Below, in pieces: positions 28,456 through 41,710 of a DNA stretch of 64,000 nucleotides. This DNA is from Octopus vulgaris (taxonomy: Eukaryota): contig OX597833.1 of NCBI GenBank assembly GCA_951406725.2, forward strand, positions 72,602,001 to 72,666,000. The letters run 5' to 3'. The notes beneath the pieces were generated by a model. It saw only the letters and a program-made list of their open reading frames with translations, did no database searches and was not told the DNA's origin. A program made the translations under genes and the position numbers. Numbering within the stretch: the first letter of the stretch is position 1; each line of letters starts with the position of its first letter.

Positions 28456-30178
28456 AAGAAAACAAACAGTCAAATCGAACATCTTGGTTCCATCCAGTGT
28501 TTTCTCTGCTCACTGAAATACCTTGCAATGGTGCACTGTCGGTTTGCTTAACAACATCATAGACATGCAGTCATCCAGTTCCGGTCTTCAGTGAAAGAGT
28601 GTCTGCCTAAAGGATAATATTTCTTTGAGAACAAGTGGCCATTGGTAACAAGGGCATCGACCATAGAAAATCCACCCCAACAAATTCCATCTGACCCATG
28701 CAACCATGGAAAAGTGGAAGTTAAAATGATGATACATACATTCACACACTCATACATGTATCATGATGATAGCTAACTACTCATGACCAAGGAAGGCCAT
28801 CACTGACCATTGTCCATACAAAATACCAGCAATGCCTGTGCATGAGGTTATTGCACTTGCAGTTGGCTTCACACCCATGGCTCCCATGGCTCACTGCGAC
28901 ACCCACCGACTCAACTGAGCGTCCAAAAGTTGCCTTGCTGGTGATTGAACAACCTAAAATTTTAGGTCTGATAAGGCTTGCACCTCACAGACTCCTCTCC
29001 ACCCTACTGACAGGACTGAGAGAGTCAAGCCAGGACAAGATATCCAGGGCCAATAGGGGTCACAAGCTCAGGAATGTGGGATTGCAAGTGCAACCAAAAG
29101 ATCCCCCAAAATGTCCAATGCCATTCCCTGCATTTCTGGTTTTATATCAGAGTGACCTTCACCTAGAAACATGCTTTAACAAAAGCTGAGGGGTGCCTCA
29201 CCCCCAGGCATCTTGCAGCATGCCAAGCACCAACCCAGAATTTCTGAGGGCCTGTGTTATTGTTCGATAGTCATGAAGCCTGCACTAGGTTCATCTGCCC
29301 CTTTGACAGGTCTTGCTTTTAGTCATGTTAGGTTTCTAGCAACCCTCCTCACCAGGCAAGCCTAGTGTGGGTGCTGGTATAGTTGCCAACAACCGAACCA
29401 TGCAAAAGGTTCTACTGAATTCCATGTTACCATTAACACTCATTAGAGACCTCACTAGTCACCTGACATATACATACAAACATATATGTGTGCATGTATG
29501 TGTGTGTGTGTGTGTGCATGTACGTGTGTGTGTGCATGTCTATGTATGTATGTATGTATATATAATATACACAAACAACCCACCATACACACAGTAGTTG
29601 TTGTTTAACACCCCCATCACTGCATACACCTCAAGTGAACCTTGAGTGAGGTGATCTGTAATCAAAAACATTCCTTCTGTGACCATCCCATTTGGCCCTT
29701 CAGGGTAGTATTCATTTCTGAGGGATATTCTGCTCTTATTTTTAGCAAGTGGGGTAACCACAAGACCATAATGAATCTTTTTGAGAGAAAAACAGCCTAA
29801 AATAATATCAATCACCAATAATTGACTAATATATTTTATTTTATTGATCCTGCAACGATAAAATTCAATGTCAACTCTTCTGATCTTTCAAGTACCAATA
29901 GATGGCACTGCTGCTGAGTTTTGTTGCCATGGAAATGTTTTCTGATGGCTTTTTTACGACCTTTTCATTAAAGATAAAAGAAATATTTTGGTTTGGTGTT
30001 GTATATTGAAGAATATTTCATATTTTTAATAAGTTGACCAATAAAATGAGCAACTTTCTTGTTGACTCAGAATGTCTGAGCCATTATTGTTGGTTGACCC
30101 CAGGGAATAATAAAACCACATTTGTATGGTATTAGCAAAACCGCATATTTACGGTGCTTGTGCATGTGCACACACACA

Positions 30179-30210
<32 letters not shown>

Positions 30211-32095
30211 CATACTGAGGAAGAGATGATGCAAAGAACATGTCGGTTCTGGAGGTAAAAATACATTTTAATGCCTCTGAAATATTTCTAGTGAGGCATT
30301 AAATGTGATTGATGATTAGAGTTTATCAGGGTTGGGGAGTTCCCAGGTACAGGGGAACTAATGACCTCTAAATGATTGCAACAGAGTGGAGTCTGCTAAA
30401 GGTAACTCCTCGGTTATGTGTGGTGGGGAAGAGAGTATTAAAACAGGTAACCTTATGCCTACCACTCGAAGAAATGGAATGGTCCTTCCAACACAGTTTC
30501 TGTTTGGTAAATCTTGTTCCCAAGACTTTAATAAATCTAAAGTTTTATTAGACGACATTTGTTGAAGCTGGTACCCAGGGAGATTGAACCTTGAATCATG
30601 ATGTTATGAAGCGAACCCCTTAGCTACAAACACACACCTGGGCCTTAAACATGCTCTAGTAGAATAATATTTGTAATTAAAAATGCTCAAACATTTTTGG
30701 TAAGTCTTTGAATTGGCAACAGAACCACTGGTTTGGAGACTTTTTGGTGCCTGTTGCTGTCCTTTAGACCAAAGTTGGCCCTGGTCAAGCACAGTAATGG
30801 TTCATAGCACTCTGGCCATTATCGGGTCATCTTTCTTTGTACATTGATTGCTTTCTGCCTATTTTTACCATTTGAGGGAGACATGGTCACTATTTCTAAC
30901 AATTTAATCAGTGCTTTGACTTGTCAAAGGCAGCATTAATCTCCTTTAATCATGTGCAGCATTAATCTTCTTTAATCATGTGCTATAAACAAACTGCATT
31001 GTAGAATTGTTTAACCTCGGGTCATCTCTGATCCAGTAGGCCTATGATCAAAGGTGTTCCAGCCAAGGCCACCACCTTCAATATTCAAACATACTATTAT
31101 TATATCGAGGTTTAAATTATTCAATATGTAATGTGTTCTGATGGAGGAGTGTCATGTCAATCAAGTTTAATAAATGCATGAAGTCTTTCTTCTCTCATTG
31201 TCAGAGATCTGACAAAATTTTAACAAGACACAAACAAACGCTGAACAGCTTGCCATGTTAGCGTGATTGCCAAACTGTCCAACAACAATTCTGAAAATGT
31301 TTTCAGCATATTCAATACGCCGTAAACAATAAATACTGCTTTTACATATTCGTATCCAATGGAAGGAAATGATTATTTCATACAGTAATTAGTTAAATCA
31401 GCCAAGGCAGGCTTCAAGCATAGAATTGGAAAGCTACAGCCACGACTTCATCAATAATACACTGGTCTCTGGACCACGGTTAAACTGTTATTGACCATAA
31501 ATCTATTGTGTTGACCTTCGATCACTACTAATGCCTTGTTAAAATACAAAATTAAAAAAAAAAGAAATTCTAGCTGTGACCATTGTGTTGATGCCAAACA
31601 TTGTGTCCCAGTAATTTTTGACTTGGAACAGAGAGGAATTGTCATTTTTACTGGAAAATATTTGTTTTCTACAGAGAAATGGCTTTCAACAAAAGTTGGA
31701 AAAAAAGTAAGTTTGAGAAAGCGATAAGAGACATTCCATGCAGTCATTAAACTTGCTAGAAATAACAGCCAGATCTCCAGCATATCCTTACAATTCCAGT
31801 TTGGCCTGCTAGCATGTACCATGCTTTTATGAATTGTTTAAGATACTTGTGTAGTCATGAGTAGACAGATGGAAGAAAATAAGGATCAGTCCTTCTCCCT
31901 TAACTTCCCTTCTCTTCTTTTCTGTTTCGCAAGTTTACATGGCCAACCCACTTGTACCACTGACACGGAAAAGCCATCCAGTCCACTCTATAAAGTGGTT
32001 GACATTAGGAAGGCCATCCAACTGTGGAAACCACTGGAGCTGGACACAGCCCTGCAGTTTTCCAGGACCCTGTTGCTATATACATCAGGGAAGCA

Positions 32096-32165
<70 letters not shown>

Positions 32166-32214
32166 TTATTTTAATATATATGGGCATGTGTGATATATAT
32201 ATATATCACCATGA

Positions 32215-32437
32215 TCACCATGACCGACCAGGCTATCAGATGTTGCTACACATCGCTGGTCACAATGTGCTTTGCATTGTTTTAGCCTTCAAATGACACC
32301 ACCCCGCTGGCCAAGCAAGCAGGCCAACAGAAGAAAGAGTGAGAGAAAGTTTTGGCGAAAGAGGAGCCGGTCTGGGAATTGAAACCGCGATACTACAACC
32401 GCAAGTCCGCTGCCCTAACCACTGGGCCATTGCGCTT

Positions 32438-32439
<2 letters not shown>
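32215..32439 (-). mobile_element. tRNA-derived SINE
   Basis: Head ggaagcgcaaTGGCCCAGTGGttagggcagcgg...GGTTTCAATTCCC with Pol III A/B boxes; (CAT)-type tail. Confidence 0.8.
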
Positions 32440-32489
<50 letters not shown>

Positions 32490-32856
32490 GATGGGCTTTG
32501 CATGATTTCTGGCTCATTGATCATCTGAAGTCTACGAGAGGAAATACTTGCTGAAGGTGCTGCACGAAAGGATTGAATTCAGAACCAGAAAATTGCAAAG
32601 TAAACTCAGCAACTGCCCAGCCATTGTTGTACAGCAGAGAATTCACTGACAGAAGCCACACTTGATCAACATGGAGAGAAGGCTTAGACATTTATTTTAC
32701 GTATCAACAGAGTTTGTGTGTCTTGTGTCTATCAAAGTGGTTATCAGAAAGAGAAATTGCTGTTAGACTGAAAGATAGATATGTAAGGGAAATGTGTGTG
32801 TGTGTGTGTATAGATAGATAGATAGAGAGAGAGAGAGGGGGGGAGAAAGAAAGAGA

Positions 32857-32891
<35 letters not shown>

Positions 32892-33552
32892 CTATCAATC
32901 TGTCTGACAGATAAACAAAATTGATAGGAAAAAAAATGTTGGAAAAACAGTAATAAAATATTTGAGAGATTGACAGGAAGACAGATGTAAGAAGATGGCG
33001 GCGGGAGGCGGAGGAGGGGGAGTCAGAAGAGGAATGGAGGAAATGATTGATTTGTTTTGCTTTGTTTTATTGGGCAGAAAAGCAATTTTGGTAGGAGAGA
33101 AGTCCACTTGATGGAATTTAATGCAGTTTATTACTGGTACATCATGTTTTATTTGTTTATTGATCTAATAAAGATGAAAGCCAGTTTATTAAGAGATTTG
33201 AACTGAGAATAAGTCAAAGCAAGACATTCAGACCAGAATCTTATTTACACATGGCAAACAGGTGGAGAGAATTTGACAGACAGACAGGAACACAGGTAGA
33301 GACAGGTGAGTGTATATACATGTGTGTGTGTGTGGGTGTGTGTGTGTGTGTGGGTGTGTGTGTGTGTGTGTGTGTGTATTGGGGCAGACATAGTTGTATG
33401 GTGATGAAGTTCATTTCACAACCATGTGGTTTTCGGTTCAGTCCCACTGCACAGCACTTTGTCTTATAACACAACCCTGGTCTGGCCAATGCCTTGTGAG
33501 TAATAGGCAAATTGCGAAAGGCATGTTGTGTGTATATATATATATATATATA

Positions 33553-33892
33553 TAATAAAATATTAGGGAATAAATCCAAACTTACAGGAAAAATCAGATT
33601 TAGGATTAAATCCAATTTTATAGTAAAATATATTATATTATATTATATTAAATTAGAGATAAAACCACTATTAGGCAAATCAAACAATGAAAAACATAAG
33701 CCAATACATAAAATTAATTAATTTATATTATTTTAAATATATATCAAATTTATTAAAAGTTTAATAAAAGATAAAGAGTAAAACACTACGATCGTTTCAT
33801 GGCTGTCCAATTCGTAATAATTCGAGTTATGGTTACAGTCACTCTTCAGGTTAATTGAAATATTTATCTTAGCAAGGTTTAGCAATGAACTT
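33553..33892 (-). mobile_element. Penelope-like pLTR-type repeat inserted in (TA)n
   Basis: AT-rich unit bounded by (TA)n on both sides, containing a hammerhead motif. Confidence 0.55.
33783..33854 (-). ncRNA. Minimal type-I hammerhead ribozyme motif
   Basis: CTGAAGA-gtgactgt...acagccat-GAAAC-GATC-GTA, with palindromic stem III ACGATCGT and a weak stem I. Confidence 0.65.
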
Positions 33893-33939
33893 ATATATAT
33901 ATATATGTATATATGTATATATATATATATGTATATATG

Positions 33940-33970
<31 letters not shown>

Positions 33971-34972
33971 TTAGCCTTATACAATGCTGTTTAAGTTGTT
34001 GATGGGAAACGGATCTGATAAAATCAGTAAAGAGTGCTGGGGTTTGATTCTGCAGGTTTAAGGGCTGACAGTTCATATTCTAGCCCCACCACTGTACTGG
34101 GGTCATATTCTAGCCCCACCACTGTACCGGGGTCTATGTTTAACCCTTCAGCAGTCAAACTGACCTTATCAGGCCCCAAATATTCTACTTCTTTTAAGTT
34201 TAAAATGGCTAGATCCAGCCTTTCACACACACCCTACAATGTCATTCTCAAAATAAACAGTTGCATTTTTCAAAATCTCAAACGTGTGACATAAATGCAA
34301 AATTGATTCAAAACAATGGGAATAAACAAGCATCGTCTTTGACAGGAATTGAACTCTTCAAAGGCAGACACCTTCCATTTCCGAACGTAATGTCTTTCAT
34401 AGTTTTTTATTCATCATATTTAGGTGATTTGTAGCTTTAAAATATAATTACCATGGTTACCAAAGATTACAGTACAAATTTGGAAAGGAGTAATTCTAGA
34501 ATGAAAAGCCAATTGATCGTTCACTTGTTCTCAGTGATTGCAATGGTTAATTAGTTTTGTTCAAAAGCAAATAACAAAAACCATTCCAGACATTATTTTT
34601 GGTCATTTGATGATGGCAGCAGTTGGTAAAAAGTAAAAATAATAAAAAAATTATTTCTCTCACGTTTTCTTTTGAACATTAATTTGTGATTGCCATAAAT
34701 GGGTCGGTGCTTTCCTGAAACTTTTGTTTTTTTTTACAACTGGATGCCCTCCATACTACAAACCACTCAACTGTGAAGCTGGAGTGAAGCAAGTAAACCA
34801 GGGAATAGTGTGGTATCTAATTCTTCAGAAGTAAAAGAGTAGAAGAAAATATGTAGTGTATATTTATAATTAAATTAGGCAACGGTTTAATAAATGAGTC
34901 ACCAAAAAGGAAAACTATAATTGTCTTTAGATATGACAGAAGGTGTTAGAACACCTACAATGCGAGGTGTTC

Positions 34973-35023
<51 letters not shown>

Positions 35024-35789
35024 ACTTTCGGTGCAACATTTTATGATTGCTAGTCCTTGTAATGTTACACCCCCCCACTTCTGTTCCCACTGGTACCCCC
35101 CACACTGTTCAATATTTGGTGCCAGACTTTCTCTCTTTTCTATTTCTCTGTCCTTCTCCTCTCCCCTCTTCTGCTCAAAACCTTCCCCATCTATTCTTAT
35201 CTGCTGCTTTTCTCTCTTTACTACTTTCCATGTCTTCTGCTCTCCATCTCTCCCAACTACCTACTCTCTATCTTTGTTCCCTTTTTTCTCAGAACTCCCT
35301 CATTCTTCCTACTTGCTCTTCCCTAACCTTCTCTACTCTGCCCTGTCTCTCTTTCTTTGCTTTTTGGTACCAAAAGACCATCCAATTTTTTATCACTCAC
35401 CTTCTTTCTACTTGACCAGTGCACAGGTAAGACAGGTATTTCGATTTATCTCCTGCCTAGCACTCACTTCAGACACTCCCAGTTTTCCTTTTCACTTTTC
35501 ATTCTTTTCTTTCCTTTTATCTTTCTTCCCTTCTACCCCATCTTTCTATCCTTCTCCTGAACCTTCTCATTGTACCTTTGGGACACAATCACCACTATTT
35601 TCTTCCTTTTCTCTTAGTTTTTGTCATGTGGTGCCTCACATTTTCAAATATTTGCAATTTGTATTTTTACTGCTCATATTTGCTCCGCTTGATATATTTC
35701 CAAAATCAAACATATTAATATGCAAAATATACTTCACATTATAATATATACTATATGTTAATGCAAAAAAATATTGTATTTATTGACTG

Positions 35790-36508
35790 TCTTCAAAATG
35801 GTTACACCATCAATGGAAAATTCGATGCCAACTTGCTAAGGGAGTTATGAAAGGCTATGAAGACCAAACACCCAGAAAAACTGATGAATGGGGTCTGGTT
35901 TCATTAGGACAATGCTTCAACACACAAGACCTTGGTTTCAATGGCTGCTGTGCATGACTGGCTTTGAACTGGTTGATCACGCCTCCCCCCTATGTTAGTG
36001 ATTTGATTCCATCTGGTTATTATCTGTTTCCCAACATAGCAAAACATTCAGCTGGACACCAGTATCCCTGTGATGATGATGATGTCTTCTCTGTTGTTGA
36101 TGACCATTTTGACCAACAGAACAGCTTCTTCACCAGTGCCATCCAAGCACTGAAACTATTCGGTTGGTGCATAATTATTGCAGTTTTTTTTTCCAACAAT
36201 TCTTCTTTCAACAAATACAATATCAAGACATAACAAAAACATCTTTTAATGATTATTCTGGAGCATATTCACCATCCACTTCAATTACTGCTTCCCATTT
36301 GCTTGGGAGACGGTCAAATCGTCATTTAAAGATGTTTTTGTTGAATAAAATTTGTTAAAAACAAAAAAGCCGCAACAATTATGCACCAACCCAATACTTA
36401 TGGAAATGTGTGGACAATAAGAGGAACTACGTTAAAAAAACGAAATTCATTTGGTCCCATTCCATGAGAGTGTCTTGCTCAGCCGTTGACCATTTCAGCC
36501 GACCCTCC
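35790..36508 (+). mobile_element. Mariner (DD34D-like) remnant interrupted by a MITE
   Basis: DNASTHKTLVSMAAVHD...PPY..DL.PSGYYLFPN...AIQAL, resuming W.KCV...YVK after the insert; TIR-like end tttcagccgaccctc. Confidence 0.75.
36159..36394. mobile_element. Mariner-type MITE nested in the mariner remnant
   Basis: TA-ttcggttggtgcataattattgcagtttt...aaaagccgcaacaattatgcaccaacccaa-TA. Confidence 0.85.
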
Positions 36509-36710
36509 TAATTATAAGAATTATTATTATGCTTGCTTTTGTTTTAATGTTAACATTGAAAAAAAAATCCACATTTTTCATTAAAGAATTGGACCTGGGT
36601 TTGCAGCCACTAAGAAAATTTTGTTGCTGGGCCACTGTGCCGAGCGACTGAACCCAAAATTAAGCGGTTACAAAGCAAGCTTGAATTTCCAGAAAAAGAA
36701 ATCAACCAAA

Positions 36711-37223
36711 TCTCTATATATAGAACTGTAGTTGTGTGAGTGTCTGTCCCCTTCGATTTAGATTCCTAACTCCTCCCACATTTTGCGGTGCAGTTTAACC
36801 AAATTCGGGTATCTTATAGTCGTGATTCATATCGAGTCCGTCTGGGTATTAGCGCGCGTCTACGATGAGTCTACGATTTAAAAAAAAATTTAACATCATT
36901 TTTTATTCCATTTTAATGCATAATTTTTCGTGTGTCGATGGCGGCGGAGTTGGCGTCCATGGTCACGCCTGCACCTGTTTGCTTCTCCCCCTTCTTCCCT
37001 CCCTCGTGAAGCTGTGGGGAAGGGAGTGTAAGGAAATCAACGTCGTAAAGCGTTGTCAAGGAGACCAGCGTTCTTTTAGAACAACGACTTCATGGCTTGA
37101 AGACACCAAAACAGAAATGGCTAAGAAAGCCCGAATTGGCATCTATAAGGGAAGTAACTCTCTAAAAATGCTTATATAGTTATTTCCCTTACAAACCCGA
37201 GCAACGCCGGGCGATACTGCTAG
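36711..37223 (+). mobile_element. Non-autonomous Helitron, copy 1
   Basis: 5'-TC, 3' hairpin cccgagcaacgccggg plus CTAG, inserted between A and T with no TSD; near-identical to 59615-60128. Confidence 0.88.
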
Positions 37224-37406
37224 TGATTAATAAATTACAAATACAGTCAGTAAGCAGAACGGTAAAAATATGCAAAACTTTCCAAGTTTAAAATGTGACA
37301 TTGGTTTCGTCATTTGTATTCCAACAACAGAACTTTGTATCTTTGTTAGAAAGCAGCTCCCTTTTGAGAGGAAGCCTTAAAATAATTAAAAACAGAAGAG
37401 AACATA

Positions 37407-37623
37407 CGATGGGAAGCCGAACATTCTTGGCTTCAGTTTTGGGTAAAAGAAAATAGAAAACGATCCGTTATGATTTTATTCAACATATTCTCCATTTAGA
37501 TCTACGCCCATGTTGCAGCCGACCTTCAGGGTTTCTAAGCCTTGTAAAAGAACTCGGAAGGTTGGGTGTCCAACCAGGCCCTTCGTGATACCCTTAAAGC
37601 CATGAACTTCCCAGCACCCTTCG
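37407..37623. mobile_element. Mariner-like MITE
   Basis: Imperfect TIRs TA-cgatggg...ttcttggctt / aagccatgaac...cccttcg-TA. Confidence 0.5.
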
Positions 37624-37888
37624 TACATACATACATACATACATACATACATGCATACATACATACATACATACATACATACATGCATGCATACATACAC
37701 ACATGCATACATACATACATGCATACATACATACATGCATACATACATATATATATATATCTGTGTGTGCATAGAGGTATGTACACATTTCTTTGCTCAC
37801 TGTAGAGCATATTGCTAAATCTGACCAGGCAATTTATTTCCTATAATTCCAACATTTTGGAAGCAACAAGAAATCAAAAAGTAAATAA

Positions 37889-37951
<63 letters not shown>

Positions 37952-38381
37952 TACGTCTACATGTATGTATATATATATATATATATATATACATACATGT
38001 AGACGTACGCATATATATATATATTTACACACATGTATGGAAACCAGATTTCTTGACAACATAAGAGAGTGCTGGAAATAAGAGATTTATAATCTCCCTG
38101 GAAAAAGCAGCCATTATGCGTCTGTGTATGTATGTGTGTATGTATGTATATATGTATATTATGTGTGCATGTATATATGTGTAACACACACACATATATA
38201 TTTATGTGTGTGTGTGCGTGTGTGTGTGTGCGTGTGTGTGTGTGTGTGCGTGTGTGTGTGTGTGCGTGTGTGTGTGTAGTCCTAATCGATAGTTTTTGCC
38301 TAGAGCCTGAAACTATTTTCAGAACAAGATGATATGGAGTTATTAAAGGTCACGTAATCGATGGATACCATACATGCGATG

Positions 38382-38452
<71 letters not shown>

Positions 38453-38814
38453 TGGGGGCGGGGAGGGGGATAAACATCGGAAACCTTATGAAGAATCGGT
38501 GATGGTTGGTTGTTGTATTCTCCTCTTTTAAAATTGGTGGCTGAAGGGGAAAGATAAGGAAAATTACAAAACTCTTCTGTGGAAAAATGTAATAATGGTG
38601 GGAATAATGATATGGGAAGTAAAAATAACAGAGTTCGAAGGAAGTGGTCGCGGGCGATTGTGAGGGGGGGGGACGAGTCACAAGTTGTGCGCCTGTGCGC
38701 GCGCACAAAAGATTTGCACCCAGCGCACAGAAAGTAATAAACTCGCGCACAAAAGAAATAAAATGTAGCAATTAATAATTAAATCAATTTTGCATTCATT
38801 ATGCACTTATGTAT

Positions 38815-38960
38815 GTTGTGCGATAAGAAGTTTGCTTCCCAACCACATGGTCCCGGGTTCAGTCTCACTGCTTGACACCTTGGGCAAGTGTCTTCTACTA
38901 TAGTCCCGGGCCGACCAAAGCCTTGTGAATGTATTTGGTTGACGGAAACTGAAAGAAGCC
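38815..38960 (+). mobile_element. tRNA/CORE-like SINE 5' part
   Basis: gggttcagtctcactg...caccttgggcaagtgtcttctactatag...gaaactgaaagaagccc, shared with 61803-61945 and 33380-33525. Confidence 0.7.
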
Positions 38961-39316
38961 CTTCTCTCTCTCTCTCTCTCTGTATATATATAATTTTTAG
39001 TAGAAGATAACATTTCGGTTGCCAGTAATTCACATCCAAGTAAACGAAATCCTGGTTCCAGTGATTTATAAGACGGGATTGGGCGGGGAACGTTGTTCTA
39101 TCCATGTACTTTTAGGATCGATAAACACATGTATATATTAAAAATTCAAATAGTGAAGAATAATAAAGAATAATAAAAAGTAAATGAAGTAAGACATCAG
39201 ATCAAAGGGGCCGTGTATGCGTGTGTGGAAACGTATTCGAGGGAGAAGGAAAATTGTAAACGGAGTTCAGCAAAGCAAGATATCATGAAAGTAAAAAGGC
39301 CGATGGTGTGTATATA

Positions 39317-39922
39317 CAGGGTGCCTAAGATATTTGAGGACAGATTTATGTTTATATAAAAAAAAAGCACCTATATAATAACAGATAATAACTTTACTTA
39401 TCAAAAAATGCTATGAGGATAAAAATAAACCTTCTTTTCTATAATGTTATTCAATAAAGCCATCTTCAGCTCCAACAACTGCTTCTATATGAGATCTAAA
39501 TCATTTACATGCTTGAATCAAGTTCATTTTGGACATTACTCTATGGCAGCTTTCAAAGAATCTTTGGTGTTATGGACATGTTCATTGGCCTCTCTCTCGA
39601 CAATGCTCCACATGTAATAGTCCAATGGATTGAGATCTGGGGAATTAGGAGGCCAAATGTTAGGGGTTATGTGATCACAATATTTTCCAGCCATCCATTC
39701 CTGTGTTACTAGAGTCATGTGTACAGAGTCTTACTGAAACACATATCGCCTTCCATTGCATACATTATCTATTCGGGACCTCAATATAGGCGGCAGAGTT
39801 AACACTACGGAAAGAAGTAAGGAGTCTGACAACCCCTAAAACCATGATAGTTGCAGGACATTTTCTATGCATAACACTTGGAACTTTAGACGGGTCTGCA
39901 CATAACCATCGGTCATTCCTTC
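39317..39922 (-). mobile_element. Tc1/mariner (maT/DD37D-like) remnant
   Basis: EWMAGKYCDHITPNIWPPNSPDLNPLDYYMWSIVEREAN...LKAAI; terminus TA-CAGGGTG. Confidence 0.8.
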
Positions 39923-40779
39923 TGTATGTGTGGGAATGCATAAACATCTGTGTCTGTATCCCCCCCCCCCCACCATTTGGCAACCAATTTCGGTGTAGTC
40001 ACGTCCCCGTAACTTAGCTGATCAGCAAAAATGACGAATAGAATAAGTAGCAGGTTAAAAAACAAGTACCGGGGTCGATTCCTTTGACTAAAAATTCAAG
40101 GTCGTGCCCCAGCATGGCCGCAGTCTAATGACTAAAACTAGTAACAGATAAATGATATATACCCCCCCCCATATATATATATATATATGTGGGGTTGGGG
40201 GTGCGTGTGTTTGTGTTTGGTTTGTTGACGTTCCAGTAACTTAGCAGTTCAACAAAAAGCAAACAAAAGAAAGAGTACCACACTGACTAAGTTCTGGAAT
40301 AGATTTATTTGAATAAACTCTTCAAGGCACTGCCCCAGCATGGCCGCAACCCAATGACAAAAAAAAAAGGAAGAGAAAAAGAAGATTTCCACAAACTTTT
40401 TGTGTTTTGGTGATTAAATGTCGGATTGAAGCCGTTTGCATCGTTTTGCTAAAGATGGCGACGGTTTGGCGGAGTCGGTAGAGCGTCGAATGGAATGGCT
40501 TGGGATGTCTGTTTCGATTCATTTCATTCTGAAATCAGGTCAACCGTTTTCTTTTAATATTTTTTTGTCGATACATAAGCCACCCGGCTTGGGCGGTGGA
40601 GTAGCTGAATGGTGAGTGCGTCGGGTGGGATAAATTACAGTGTTTGTTCGGGCTCTGCCTTCTGAGTTCAGATCTCACCGGATGGTGGTCTTAAGACCGG
40701 GTGATGGGCCAAGACTGCTGTACATGCGACAGAGTTTAACCGCCACCCAGTTTAAGACCACAGTAAACTTCTGTATTAA

Positions 40780-41167
40780 CACCCGCACGATTTTCATTAA
40801 AAAAACCCAAAAAAACAAAAACAAACTCGATTTTTTTGCGTGGAATCAAGTACCCTGACCTCCTAATATGCTGCAAATCCGTTATTTTGGTTCGGAAAGT
40901 TGGGGGACGAGGACCCCACCCCACCACGGAATCATTGGAATTTTATTTTTTCGTTAAATGAATTCCTGTGACCTAATATGCTATAAAACCCTTTTGGTGT
41001 CCGAAAAACGGGGTGGAGTGAGGTGGCAGCCTCGGAAATTTCACCCCCACCCCATTGATCTTTTCACTTGCACGAAAAAGGGGGGCACCCCCACTTTTTT
41101 CCGAACCAAAATAAGGGATTTGCAGCATAAAATCCGATTTTTTTCTTTAATGAAAATCGTGCGGGTG
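40780..41167. mobile_element. piggyBac-like MITE
   Basis: TTAA-cacccgcacgattttcattaaa...tttaatgaaaatcgtgcgggtg-TTAA, plus the internal inverted repeat tatgctgcaaatcc.ttattttggttcggaaa. Confidence 0.75.
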
Positions 41168-41353
41168 TTAATAATACATTTACCAAGAACCCCCCACCCC
41201 CACTCGGTTGTTGGGTGTCTTTAAAGGAATCTGTTATAAGCATTCGAGGCCCCTACTCCCTCCCTCCCACCAGTCCCTGAAGATGATCTTGGGAAGAACT
41301 GGCCTTAACCAGCTACGATGAAATAGAAATAAAAATGCTGTGATGTAGCATGT

Positions 41354-41710
<357 letters not shown>

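Noticed and set aside
32370-32439. tRNA gene
   Set aside because: It has A/B boxes but continues into a SINE body and lacks a proper acceptor stem, so it is a SINE head.
35031-35744. 237-aa hydrophobic ORF
   Set aside because: Arises from a pyrimidine-rich low-complexity tract; no recognisable domain.
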